From contig NC_043012.1 in assembly GCF_006345805.1 (NCBI RefSeq), positions 31,000,001 through 31,064,000 on the forward strand: a stretch of 64,000 nt of DNA, given 5' to 3'. The translations under genes and the position numbers were made by a program. The notes below the pieces were generated by a model. The model worked only from the letters and a program-made list of their open reading frames with translations, had not been told where the DNA came from and searched no databases. How positions within the stretch are numbered: position 1 is the stretch's first letter; each line of letters starts with the position of its first letter. Positions 27,946-40,439 of the stretch are shown here, in pieces. The DNA is from Octopus sinensis (taxonomy: Eukaryota).

Positions 27946-28263
27946 TGTTTTATGAGTTAGGGGTTAATAAATCTATCAATAAACCATTTAAGCGATATTA
28001 AATATCCAATATACTACTGGATGTGTACCTACGTATTTTAACCAAGTGCTTACTATTGCATGGCAATATTGCAATTGAATACTAGGTATTCGTGGGGGTA
28101 AATTGGAAATTAGCACCAGGATTTATAAGGCAAATAAGAAAAAGAAAAAATCGCCAAACATCAGCCAGTAGATATTCCATTATATCTATTTATTAAATGA
28201 TAACAACCATGTGTTTTAAGTGGTACAAGTAAACGAATGAGATCAGCCAATAAATACGTAAAC

Positions 28264-28361
<98 letters not shown>

Positions 28362-28734
28362 GTGAATAATAATAGATGAATGTACAGTTACAAATCACTT
28401 ACGGCCGTTTCTACCATGAGGCCTCAGAATTTTCCAAGTCATCCTTATCACGTCAGTGATATACAGAGATGAACAAACATTGGATAGAGATTGGGTAATG
28501 GTTGAGCCTCAAGGCTTCTTCAGAGAGCACAAATGTTAGGAAACTAGCAGGGGGGAAATTCAGTTAGAATAATAGAGTAGGGTAAATAAGATAAGATAGA
28601 GTAAAATAGATAAAATTTTTTAAATAATGTAATAGACATGGTTTTATTTGCCTTATAGAAAGTAATTTTACAATTTAAAATATTTATTACAAAGACAATT
28701 GATAAGATATCTTAATCAGACTTGTTCCATTGTA

Positions 28735-29906
28735 CTCAGTGGTTTTCAAAGTTTTTTTTTACCTCATTTCATACACCTCTATATGGACACCATTAGCCAG
28801 TCGCACGAAGCACATCAAGACGGTACTCGATTTCTAATCATTTTCACTGTGGCATAGCCTCATCAATGGTTACAATCGCATCTGTCATCTTTTGCTTTAG
28901 TTCAGTAATGTCCGCATCTTTGTCCGGTACACAATATCTTTAACATAGTTCCATAGAACGAAATTCAGAGGTGCGATATCTGGCGAACGTGGTGGCCACG
29001 GAATTGGTCCATCCCTTCCGATCCAACGGTCTGGAAATGTCTGATGGAGGAACTCACAAACATGGAGTCCTCCATGTAGTGGGGCACCATCTTGCTGGAA
29101 AATGATGGTTGGTTGAAGGTCCTGGAGTTGTGGTGCCACATATTCAGTCAAAAGGTCATGGTAGACATTTGCAGTAATTGATCTCTCATTGAAGAAAAAT
29201 GGGCCAATAATTCGACTGCATATAATCCTACCCCAGACATTCATTTTGGGACTATCTCACTGAACTTCTCTAGTCACGTGGGTGTGTTTCTGATCCGCAG
29301 ATTCTCACGTTGTGTTTGTTCAGTTCCCCTGAAACATGAAAGGTTGCCTCAACACTAAAACAAACTCGCCCGAGGAATGTTTCATCTTCGGAAATTAGTT
29401 GCAGCATGTGAACTACAAACTCTTTTCGTCTTGGTTTCTCATCTGGTTCGATTGCCTGTAGGAGTTTCACTTTGTAAGCGTACAATCGCAGGTTCTTGTG
29501 TAGGACTTTGTGTACTATTGAACGTGGTAGCACTAACTGTCTGACAGCAGTACGGATGGACTTTGTGCGAAAAAGAGAAAAGGTTTCTCTTACACAATCA
29601 ATGTTTTCCTCAGATGTTCTTGATCGCCCACTGCTTTTTCTATCTAACACTGGCCCTGTCTCCATAAATCTCTTCTGCCATGCACGAATTAACGGACGTG
29701 ATGGTGGATCTCTTCCATACTTTATTCTGTAGTTTCCTTGTGTCTGCGTATTCGATTTTCTCTCAAAAAAACATGATACACATTGTGCCTTCTCTTGAGG
29801 AGTACCCATTTCTTAGGGGTTCATTAAAAAAATAATGCCTCTTTAATCTGCAGGATGCTTGAAACACAAAAATGCAGCGTGATTAAAAAATTCAAAAACC
29901 ACTAAG
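28735..29906 (-). mobile_element. Tc1/mariner element, DD41D (rosa-like), decayed
   Basis: ORFs 29270-29809 and 28897-29244 with FSVEATF, FQQDGAP and WPPRSPDIAPLN; 41 residues between the second D and the third catalytic position; imperfect TIRs; TA at 28733-34 and 29907-08. Confidence 0.85.
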
Positions 29907-30025
29907 TACAACAGAACGATTCTGATCAAAATGCCAGATCAATTGCATTTGTAATAAACTTTTTAAATTGTAAAAAGACTTTATGGACATATATATATAT
30001 ATAATATATATATATATATATAATC

Positions 30026-30089
<64 letters not shown>

Positions 30090-30205
30090 TATATATCTAT
30101 TATATATATATGTATATATATATATATATATACACACACACATAGGGTTATGACATTTTGATTTTGGGAAGTAAACAATTTCCTGTCTTAAATACACACA
30201 CACAC

Positions 30206-30239
<34 letters not shown>

Positions 30240-30241
<2 letters not shown>

Positions 30242-30456
30242 CTAATGTAGGATAAAATTTTTTCGAAAAATTTTTTTACAAATGCCCAGCATATTAAAAA
30301 ATGCCTTTAAAGGTTATTTTCGGCATATTTGGCATTAGAATTTTTCTTTTGCCCTTATTTTATACGTTATTTATAAATTTAACATTTAAAGGTATTTTTT
30401 AATATGCTGGCCATTGATAAAATTTTTTTCGAAAAATTTTTTATCGTACATTAGAT
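30240..30456. mobile_element. MITE-like element with ~70-bp terminal inverted repeats
   Basis: TCTAATGTAGGATAAAATTTTTTCGAAAA..CAGCATATTAAAAAATGCCTTTAAA is mirrored at 30385-30455; the internal part recurs at ~30781-30830. Confidence 0.75.
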
Positions 30457-30849
30457 GTAAATTTAATAGTGTTCACTTCCGGACTCTCTCACTCTGTGAA
30501 AGTTTCTAGTTTGAATCACACGTGTCTCGAGATGTGCTGAAGATTTTCAATTTTGGATATATTTGGGGTACTTAGGTCTGCTCAGGACTTAGTGCTTGCT
30601 TTTTCCATGGGTGTGAGTAAGTATTTCATTTATGTCTTACGTATTTATCGCTGAGGAGGAGAAAATTCTTATGAATTAACTCTGAAATTGCAACCAATAC
30701 AGCAATAACGGAACTTTTTAGAAATTTCTATCGGCTTGTTTCGAGACGCATAAATTATAATGGTTATTAACATTTGTCTATTTTCGGCATATTTGGCATT
30801 AGAATTTTTATTTGCCCTTATTTTATAAGTTTATGTTATATATATAATA

Positions 30850-30910
<61 letters not shown>

Positions 30911-31108
30911 TACACCTGGATATATCTCCGTAAACAATAACTCGCACCTCGAGTGGGCCATGTCTTCGATTCCTGATTTGAATGACTTTGTCTGGTGGTG
31001 GTATTAAGTTAGATATGGCCTGGGCCAATATTGGCCAAAACCTATTAAAGTATGCATAAAAATATACATGCATACACACACCACACACACATATATATAT
31101 ATACATAC

Positions 31109-31174
<66 letters not shown>

Positions 31175-32232
31175 ATATATATATATATTTTACATATACA
31201 TACATATACATACATATAAAGCGAGAGAGAATTTAATGATAAATAGATATGTATATATGTGTATGCATGTGTGTATACGTATAAACACATTTATGTATGT
31301 ATATAAATATCTTTCTCTCTCTCTTTTTTTGCCTCTCCTCTCTCTCTTTATATATATGTGCGTGTATGTGTGTGTATACAGAGAAGGAGAAGAGAGGGGA
31401 AGGAATATGCATTGAATGTATGTAAGTATATTACCAAGTAATAATTTAATTTATTCATAGCGACCATTTTATACTGTGTTTTTTTTTTTAACATCCATGT
31501 ATAATACTCCGAACTATGTTCTTCGATCTTTCACTGTGTTAACACCCGTGTACTCGCTGCTTTATGACATCCGCTGATGACGGTTGGGTGTAAACATATG
31601 CTTCATCGCTATTTTGTCAGAAACAAAGACCTTTGTCCAACAAATCCGAATATATAAAATATGAATGTCTATTATATATATTTTAATGGATATATAACAA
31701 TCCATTTTGCTCGTGTCAACCACTTTATATTATATTTATGTACGTGTATGTATATATATATATGTATGTATACATATACATATAAATGTATGTATAATGT
31801 ATGTATATATGTATGTATGTGTATATATGTATATATATATGTATGTATGCATATATATATATACATACATATATATATATGTGTGTGTGTGTGCACATAC
31901 GTGTGTGTGTGTGCATGCGTGCATACGTGTGTACGTGTATATATATTGTTATAACAATTGGAGCTAATACAGAATACAAAATATGTCCTATGTAAAGGCA
32001 CCGGTTAGCGGACGTGCGCCATTGTACGGACACTGAACTAAACAGCATTCATCTCACACTACACGATCATAAAAAGTGAATAACACTTTTTATTATTATT
32101 ATGATATCGATTACAATGTTAGAAATCATTAATATATCGATTACATCCCACCTAGCATTGTGTCAATGCGTGAAATCCTCATCATCATTATTATTACTTT
32201 ATTATTACAACTTTCTTCTTCTTCTTCTTCTT

Positions 32233-32313
<81 letters not shown>

Positions 32314-32324
32314 TTATTATTAAT

Positions 32325-33170
32325 GGGGCGACGAGCAGATAGAATCGTTAATACGCCGGACAAACTGCTTAGAGTAATTTTGTCCCTCCAAATACTGGCG
32401 AGGCTGACTTCGCCTTTTCGTCATTTGGGGTTCGATAAAATAAGTACCAGCTAGGCACCGGGGTCGATGAAATCGTATAACACCCTCCCCCAAATTTTCA
32501 GGTCTTCTGCCAATGGTAGAAATTATTATCAGGCAGCGAACTGGCAGAATCGTTAGCACGCCGGACGAAATGCTTAGCGGTATTTCACATGTCGCTAGGT
32601 TCTGAGTTCAAATCCCCGCAGAGGTCGACTTTGCCTTTCATCCAGGTCGATGAAATAAGTACCAGTTACGCATTCAGGTCGATGCAATCGACTTACACCT
32701 TCCCCAAAAATTTTCAAGGCCTTGTGCCTAGAGTAGAAATGATAATTATTCTTATTGGTTCAATAGTCAGATTACCGTAAAATGTGGTATTTCTTCTGGC
32801 CGTTAATGTTTCTGAGTTCAAATCTCACTGAGGCCAACTATGCTTTTTTTGCCCCAAACTCGATAAAATCAAGTACCAGTCAAGTACTGAGGTCATTGGT
32901 ACCGCTACCCCCACCTCAAAATTCCTTGCTTTGAGTCTAAATCACAAACGAAAAGCGGTGAACTGGCAGAATTTTTGGCGTCAGAAAAACCATTTTGTAG
33001 AATTTGTTCCGGATTTTTATGTTCCAAGCTCGTATCTCGCTACGTTCTGAGTTCAATTTCCACCGAGGTCGGCTTTGCCCTTCATCCTTTCGGGGTCGAT
33101 AAATTAAGTACCAGTTACGCACTGAGTTCTATGCAATTGACTTGCCTCCTCCCCCACAATTTCAGATCTT
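32325..33170 (+). mobile_element. Head-to-tail cluster of ~4 SINE family B copies of varying decay
   Basis: Repeated CTGGCAGAA..TTAGC, TCTGAGTTCAA and GGGGT(TC)GATAAA..AAGTACCAG. Confidence 0.8.
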
Positions 33171-35969
33171 CAGCCTATCATATAGAAAAGATTATCACTA
33201 ATATTAGCGTGAAGACATACTTTTGACTTCGTCTGCCGGCACGATTTATTCAAGCGTTACCGAATGAAATTTTTCATTGAGGTCCTTGTAAAAATGAACT
33301 TTAATTGTTTAAGGGCCTGCTGTCTTTGCTATCTCGGATGGAGAATGATTTTATTTCACGAGCTTTTATAATTTTATGATTACATTTTCAAATCCGAAGC
33401 GGCTTTCATACACAATTACACCACACGGTAAAGCACCACAATAACCAAAAAACAAAAAAAAAAAAAAAACAGAAATCAAGAACACAAAGGAAGTCACACA
33501 ACTGAGAGGAGGAAGGATATTTCCTTCTTTAAGCTGGAAGAATATATCCCAAATCCTCAAATATATTTCTGACATTTCTGCTCCTGTACATGAGTGAAAG
33601 TAATACAAGAATTGCAGTAAAGGACATTAGACATGTCTGCGTTGAAATACGGCAAAGTGGTCAAAACAAGCTCAAGGAAAGGATTTCAAGTTGGACTTTC
33701 GAACCCTGATGACCTCCGCAGGTTACAGAACAAGACCATTACTATACTCAGTAGAAGGCGCCGAGACAAAGGACACGAAATTGATAAGAAAACCAACTCG
33801 TTATATTTGTCAAAGTAAAACAAACCTCTGAGCTGATTTCCTACAAGAACTGAGAAGATTAAACAAAAAAAAAAAACAACAAAAAACAAAAATACGAAGT
33901 AAACGAAAACAGTGAGGAGCACAACTCCAAGTAAAAGTACTGCAAAGGTAGTTTTCAAAGTACCCCAAGACAAAACTGGGGGTGGGTGGGCTTTAGAAAA
34001 TGGAATATTTTCAAACTCGTAAGGGTCTATATCAGACAGGTCTATATCGCAAACGCCTCTCCCCTAAGATTATAAAACTGTAGTACCAGACTATTACCTG
34101 CTTTCCTTATGCCTTTGCATAAGGAAAGCAGAAAAATCTCTAAAACCCCAGCGCAAAAATACAAAAACGGGTGAGGAGGAACAATTTATTTTAAACGGCA
34201 ATGATACTTGTCTTGAAGAAAAACAACAGCGATAAAAGTTCTTCTCAAGAAAACGAAAAAATGCTGAGGACGAAGTGGTTCTAAGATTCCCTGTTTCTCA
34301 ACGATCAAACATTTAAGACGCAAAATGACGGATCCGGAATGCTGCAGATTTACAGTTTTAAAAAGACTGAAAAAATTAGATTTAGAATATAAACCATTTG
34401 CAAAGAACAGACACACCGAGTAAATTAAAAGGAAGACATTATGTTGAGCATAAAGCATAAATAATTACATGATGTTGGTGTGGTTTAGCATAGAATGACT
34501 GAAAAACGTAATTGGTGCATTCGTTTGTACTCAAACGCAGTTTCAGATATAAGTAGACTGAGTCGCGGAATACTCAACTCAACTTCACCAAAATAACCAG
34601 AAACCCTTCATGCTTTATTTTCTTGAAGTTTCTTGGCGTTTGGTCACATTGTTTAAGAGTTGCATTTGGTATTGTCGTCAAATCCCCAATAATCACTGGT
34701 ACAAAAATTTCCTCTGGTTTGAGACTTCTATTTTAAGGTCCTCATTTACTTCACTTTTCAAATGTTTTTACAGAAGTGTTACAGTCTAATGGGATTAACA
34801 CATATTTGAGCAGACATGTTTGTCAACGGGTTTTTTTTACAATATCTACTCTAGCGAGAAGGCATCGTTTGTTTTTGCTTCTGCCTTCGAGACAGAATTT
34901 ATTCAAACACTCAAGTATTGCAAGATGAAATTTTATTCAGAATAATTGTTAAAAACAAAACAGAAAAGAACTGCAACTTCCTAAAGCCCCACAATTCCCA
35001 GAGTTGTAAATTTTATTTACTCACTTCACATATTCACTCCAGAAAGTGATTACTAAGCATAAATATACTACAAGGATAAATACTACACTGGTGGCAAAGC
35101 AAAGCAAAACAAAACGCAAAACCAAAACATGCAAATGAATGCCCAAAAAGATTAGATAAGAATTAATGGAAGGAAATGCCCAAAATATTCAAAATGAATA
35201 TTTGGAGGACAGCGACAGTAGCACCAGTAGCCAAAGCGACTTTTACACGACTTACCTGCGTTATAAACGTTCCACTGATACAGAAGTTGCGTTGAGGCAA
35301 TAAAAACGTAACAAAAATAATTCATGGATTTATCGATGTTCCAATACAAAAAAGTAGGCGAAAGAACTTTGTAAAACGGAACAGCATGTTTTTACCACAG
35401 AAGCTAATCCAGAAGAGAGTAAAGAGAAAAGCTATGTCTCTGCTTAGTACGAGAGACACTCCAGGGCATAGCGGGATAAGTTCTCTCAGTTAGGCAAAAG
35501 CTAAAATATTATCCGTTGTATATTCAAAATTGAACACAGGTTGAAATTATAAGACAAGCCTCTGCTTATATATTTGTGTCCCCGTACGTGGTTCATACAA
35601 ACACAAGAGTGGGAATAGAAGACATGAAGGACAACGTAGATTCATGGCGGATAGAGATTATGTGTCGCAGTATAGGAAAATGGTAACAGTAGAGCAAACG
35701 GAAGGTGACTTGTGGTCAGGGAGGTAGGAGGTGTCAAGATAGATTTGCAAATGGTTTTAACTCCAAAAGACCAAAAGATCACGATGCAATACAAGAACTG
35801 TGCCTAATAAAAGGTGGTAAGACAAACGGTGTGCGATTTATGGTAGAGAGCACAAGACCCAATTGCAACGGAGTCGAATGCCTGGAAGAACTGGAAAAGT
35901 TAAGCAACAGAAACAAAAAAAAGTAAACGAAGATAATGAAAATTAACAGCAACAACAGAAAGAACAACA

Positions 35970-36183
35970 AATCCTAGTTTTCACTGCACCACGTTCCCAG
36001 GTGTTTGGGCCCAGGTCTTGTGTCCTGGTTGTATGCAGTGTCTTACTTGGTTTTGTTGAGGTTACTCTATTTAAAATCATCTACGTAATACGTGAGCAGT
36101 GCCTAGTGCTATTATTCTCTACATGGTATGCATGGTTGACAGTCTTGTAGCTTGCATTATCATTCTCAAAGCATATGTTGTTG

Positions 36184-36259
<76 letters not shown>

Positions 36260-36850
36260 TATTATTGGGATTGATACTCTTTCAGCTTTACATTCGCGTT
36301 ATCTCTATTTCCAGGTCTCTATATACATTATCCTCTGTTGAGACTGATATGTCGATTAAGATGAATTTCTGTACCTGGTGTCCTTGACAAGAATACTTGA
36401 TTGATTAGGATTCATCTTCGGCCTCTGTGCGCATTGGTATGCCTCAGACCATTGCTATTCTCGAAGCCCTTTTCTTGTACAATCTCTTTTTCTGTTGATA
36501 TTTCATATTGCTAGCATAACTTCCAGTGGATGTAAATCTCAACTCTATCATTTCTGTAGATGTGTTCTTTCTTGGATAAGACTGAGAAACTAGAGCCAAA
36601 ATGATATCTTTCTCCCCTTCATGTATTCATGTTCCGCTCCTTTATAATCATTTGGCGATTTCTGGTGGGGAGACGCTCATCCTGTGCTACAATCCAGAAT
36701 TCTTGTCTTTGTTTTGACTTACACAATTCTCAGGCAGTATTGAGATTTTTCTGTATTTCTGTTCTGTCCAACTTTTACTAAGGGGGATAGGTTGTTCTCA
36801 CTTCAATGGCCATTCTACGGATACTCACCTATTAGGATAATTGTGATGCT
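35970..36850 (-). mobile_element. Old R4/Dong-like fragment interrupted by a (TAT/CAT)n tract
   Basis: Minus-strand translations WIVAQDERLPTRNRQ and IALGTAHVLRR are homologous to 5356-5985. Confidence 0.75.
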
Positions 36851-36924
36851 GCTTGTCCATTCCACTTGAACTACGGTTCACACACACACAATCGATTTGA
36901 ATCAAACTTAGTCACTAAAGTTTC

Positions 36925-37163
<239 letters not shown>

Positions 37164-38047
37164 CATAGATATACGCAGGTATATAACACAAATATTATGC
37201 TTAGTACTTGATAAGAAGTTGGATACAGATGGAGTTCTTACTAGTGATTAACTGCTATACCTTCCTCATTCGAAATGGCATCTTGTTTTTTTTTTTCAAT
37301 AAATACGTACCCAGCAATTGAACACACATCCATCAGCTATACAACCACAGTTTAACGCTTGACATTTAATCAATGCTTGCATCCTGTACCCCATTGTAAC
37401 TTTGGACAATTATTAATAGAAATTAGAAGCTTTAAACCTAATTCTTTTTTATGGTCGTGGGCATAATGTTTCTTTCTTAATTAAAGCTGTCCATATGGCG
37501 TCCAGCTCTATTGCCAGGCCCACCATCATTAAAAATGCTTGATTTAATACACTTAATTACTATTAACTAATTGTCCTGCTAAACAATTGGTCGGTGGATA
37601 TTAACATTGATTAAGTGTCAAATATATTAAAGTACATTAGTTTACGTAGAGGGCGTTGGTTCATTCCCCGGGTCTTAGGTCTGCCTCATCGAGTTGAACT
37701 TTTTACGGTTTCTACGGTATATGCGACCTAGGATACAGTATCCCTGCCTCAAAGTGACGTCATCGGGTTACAGAATTAACCAGCAGCTATTGTTGGTACC
37801 CGTTTCCGCTGAGTGGACTGGAGTTGACTGAACCGATAGCCGAAGCTACAAGTTCCATTCACTTTGAGATTTTCAATAAATATGACTCTACTCTCAGTTT
37901 TGAGTCAACCCATCAGAAAATCTCCCGTTCTTATTCTTAAACTATCTTTGATATAATGACCGTAAATTAACAGGCACACACAAATCCGCACGTACGCAAA
38001 AACACAAATATATCCATATATAGTGCTATATTTAAGAGATATGGAAT

Positions 38048-38361
38048 TATGTACATTATTTACATTATCTACATTTGACGGAAATTTGTCCTCATCTTGG
38101 TTGTTGTTAACACAACGTTTCGGCTAATATACCCCCCAGCCTTCATCAGGTGTCTTGGGGAAATTTCTAACCTGGGTTCCTCTTCCTAAGGTATTTTTCG
38201 ATGTTATTATTACTATTATTATTCAGGTCACTGCCTGGAATCGAATTCGGAATCTTGGGGTTAGTAGCTTGTTGATAGCTGGAGGGTATATCAGCCGAAA
38301 CGTGTTAACAACAAACGATGACAAATATCTGTCAAATGTAAATAATGTAAATAATGTATAT
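38048..38361. mobile_element. Penelope-like terminal repeat, inverted pair
   Basis: 38048-38140 is mirrored by 38278-38361; the minus arm carries a CUGAUGA..GAAACGU motif. Confidence 0.65.
38110..38154 (-). ncRNA. Minimal hammerhead-like motif
   Basis: GACAC CUGAUGA A GGCUG-loop-UUAGCC GAA ACGU U GUGUU. Confidence 0.5.
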
Positions 38362-38377
38362 CCATATATGTATACAG

Positions 38378-38468
<91 letters not shown>

Positions 38469-38913
38469 CATGTATATACATAGGTATGCACACACACACA
38501 CACACACACATACACACACACATGCAGTCTGAATGAAACGGAACGAGGCAGCGATATCACAAGTAATATAATTACTGGGAGCAAAATCTATACGCATGGA
38601 TTGCACAAAGGTTTCTGAATGAAAGTGTAACAACGTTATTGAGTAGGAAAGGCACTTGAAGACGGCTGGAAGCTACACCGACCAAAAGGTTGTGACTATA
38701 ACAACCAAGAGAAGCACAAGAATCAGTATACATCGCTGTATAAAAAATTCAGATACAAAAGTATATTATCCTCTTGTACTATCATAAATTAATTAATTAA
38801 TTAATTAATATATCCCGCTGGTTTTAATTAACCAATGATCTTTCTCAACGTTCAGTATTCTTATCCTCAGTTTACTTTTAACATGTTCTATAGTGAAAGT
38901 AGTACTTAGCCAG

Positions 38914-38932
38914 TGCCCACGAGGGGGCGCTA
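38914..38932 (+). promoter_or_regulatory. CTCF-like binding motif
   Basis: TGCCCACGAGGGGGCGCTA matches the consensus TGGCCACCAGGGGGCGCTA at 17/19 positions. Confidence 0.45.
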
Positions 38933-39383
38933 TATGTCATGATTGAGTTATTAGAGGGAGTAGGTGTTTAGATATAATGTATTTAAGCCATGTGCAATAT
39001 TTATATTTTAAACATATTTTCAAAAATTCTTCGTCGGGTACTAAAATATAGAAGTGACATTGCATTATGAGTGTGAGGAAACTTGAATGATCATGTGACA
39101 AGGTTTTAAATGATTTTATTGTAGAAATCCTCTCGTTCTGAGCTCAAACTCCACCGAAATTGACTTTGCTTCCCATGCTTTCGGGGCCGATAAAATAAAT
39201 ACCAGTTGAGTATTGGGATCGATGTAACCGTCTATACCCCCCACCACCGCCATCCTCTAAAATTTCCGGTTTTGTACTTACAGCAGAAAGAATTAGTCAA
39301 GTGCTCGTCTTCTTTATTTATTTCCATAAATTTTAACACCGGGAACTCAAGTCCACTCAGACATCATCTAAAAAGCGGAACAT

Positions 39384-39806
39384 GCGCAGGAGTGGCTGTG
39401 TGGTAAGTAGCTTGCTAACCAACCACATGGTTCCGGGTTCAGTCCCACTGCGTGGCATCTTGGGCAAGTGTCTTCTGCCCTAGCCCCGGGCCGACCAATG
39501 CCTTGTGAGAGGATTTGGTAGACGGAAACTGAAAGAAGCCTGTCGTATATATGTATATATATATATGTATGTGTGTTTGTTTGTGTGTCTGTGTTTGTCC
39601 CCGTAGCATGGCTTGACAACCGATGCAGGTGTGTTTATGTCCCCGTTACTTAGCGGCTCGGCAAAAGAGACCGATAGAATAAGTACTGGGCTTACAAAAA
39701 GAATAAGTCCCGGGGTCGAGTTGCTCGATTAAAGGCGGTACTCCAGCATGGCCGCAGTCAAATGACTGAAACAAGTAAAAGAGTAAAAGAGTAAAGAGTA
39801 AAGAGA
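39384..39806 (+). mobile_element. SINE family A, full length (tRNA-derived)
   Basis: A-box-like TGGCTGTGTGG, B-box-like GGTTCAGTCCC, internal (TA/TG)n, tail (GTAAAAGA)n. Confidence 0.9.
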
Positions 39807-40348
39807 GTATGCTGGATGGAATGATAAACTAAAATTATTTTGCTAAATCACAATAATGTATAATTTGTTTCTTTTGTTCGATATTTGTTTTCAAAACATA
39901 TGCTGACTGGATTGTTTGTAAAACTCCTTCCAGTGAGAAATGCTATTGAACTACAAAATGCTGTGTTAAGTCTACTAATTATTGTCCTACAGTTCTACAT
40001 ACTTATCACTGTATAATTAACGCCATCTTAAATTTTCTGTTCTATTCCTGGTCTCTAATGTTAACGCTGATTAACTAAATATATGATAAACATCTGTATG
40101 CGTAATACTAGGTTAATTAATGATATATCCCTATTCTTTATAGTGCTGTCACAGCTTTAAATAATAGCGTGTTATTCTAGTTAACTGATAAAATATCAGT
40201 TCTAATGTCAGACTAAATACATGCAATCTATAACGTTACCCAACTTCGTTGGAAGTCGGCAAATTACGTTTAATCCAGTTATACACACGCGTGCGATCGC
40301 GCACACACTATATATATATATATATATATTTGTGTGTGTGTGTGTGTG

Positions 40349-40436
40349 TACAGGGGTTGGACAAAATATTGGAAATACCTAACATCATAGCATCATAATT
40401 TTGAAATATCTATAAAACCGTCAAAAGCTTATTTGT
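40349..40436 (+). mobile_element. Tc1-like terminal fragment
   Basis: TA followed by CAGGGGTTGGACAAAATATTGGAAA, a Tc1-type TIR start (by recall). Confidence 0.5.
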
Positions 40437-40439
40437 GAC

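Noticed and set aside
28394-28460. Hammerhead-like motif on the minus strand (GAAACGGCCGUA)
   Set aside because: The core is disrupted (CUGACGUGA) and stem II does not close; relic only.
33706-33730. CUGAUGA followed by a short stem
   Set aside because: No GAAA or stem III follows.
38654-38700. UUGAAGA-stem motif
   Set aside because: GAAA is degenerate; PLE relic.
39384-39460. tRNA genes at SINE heads (also 48987 and 60005)
   Set aside because: Only A/B-box-like motifs are present, there is no full cloverleaf, and each is followed by a SINE body.
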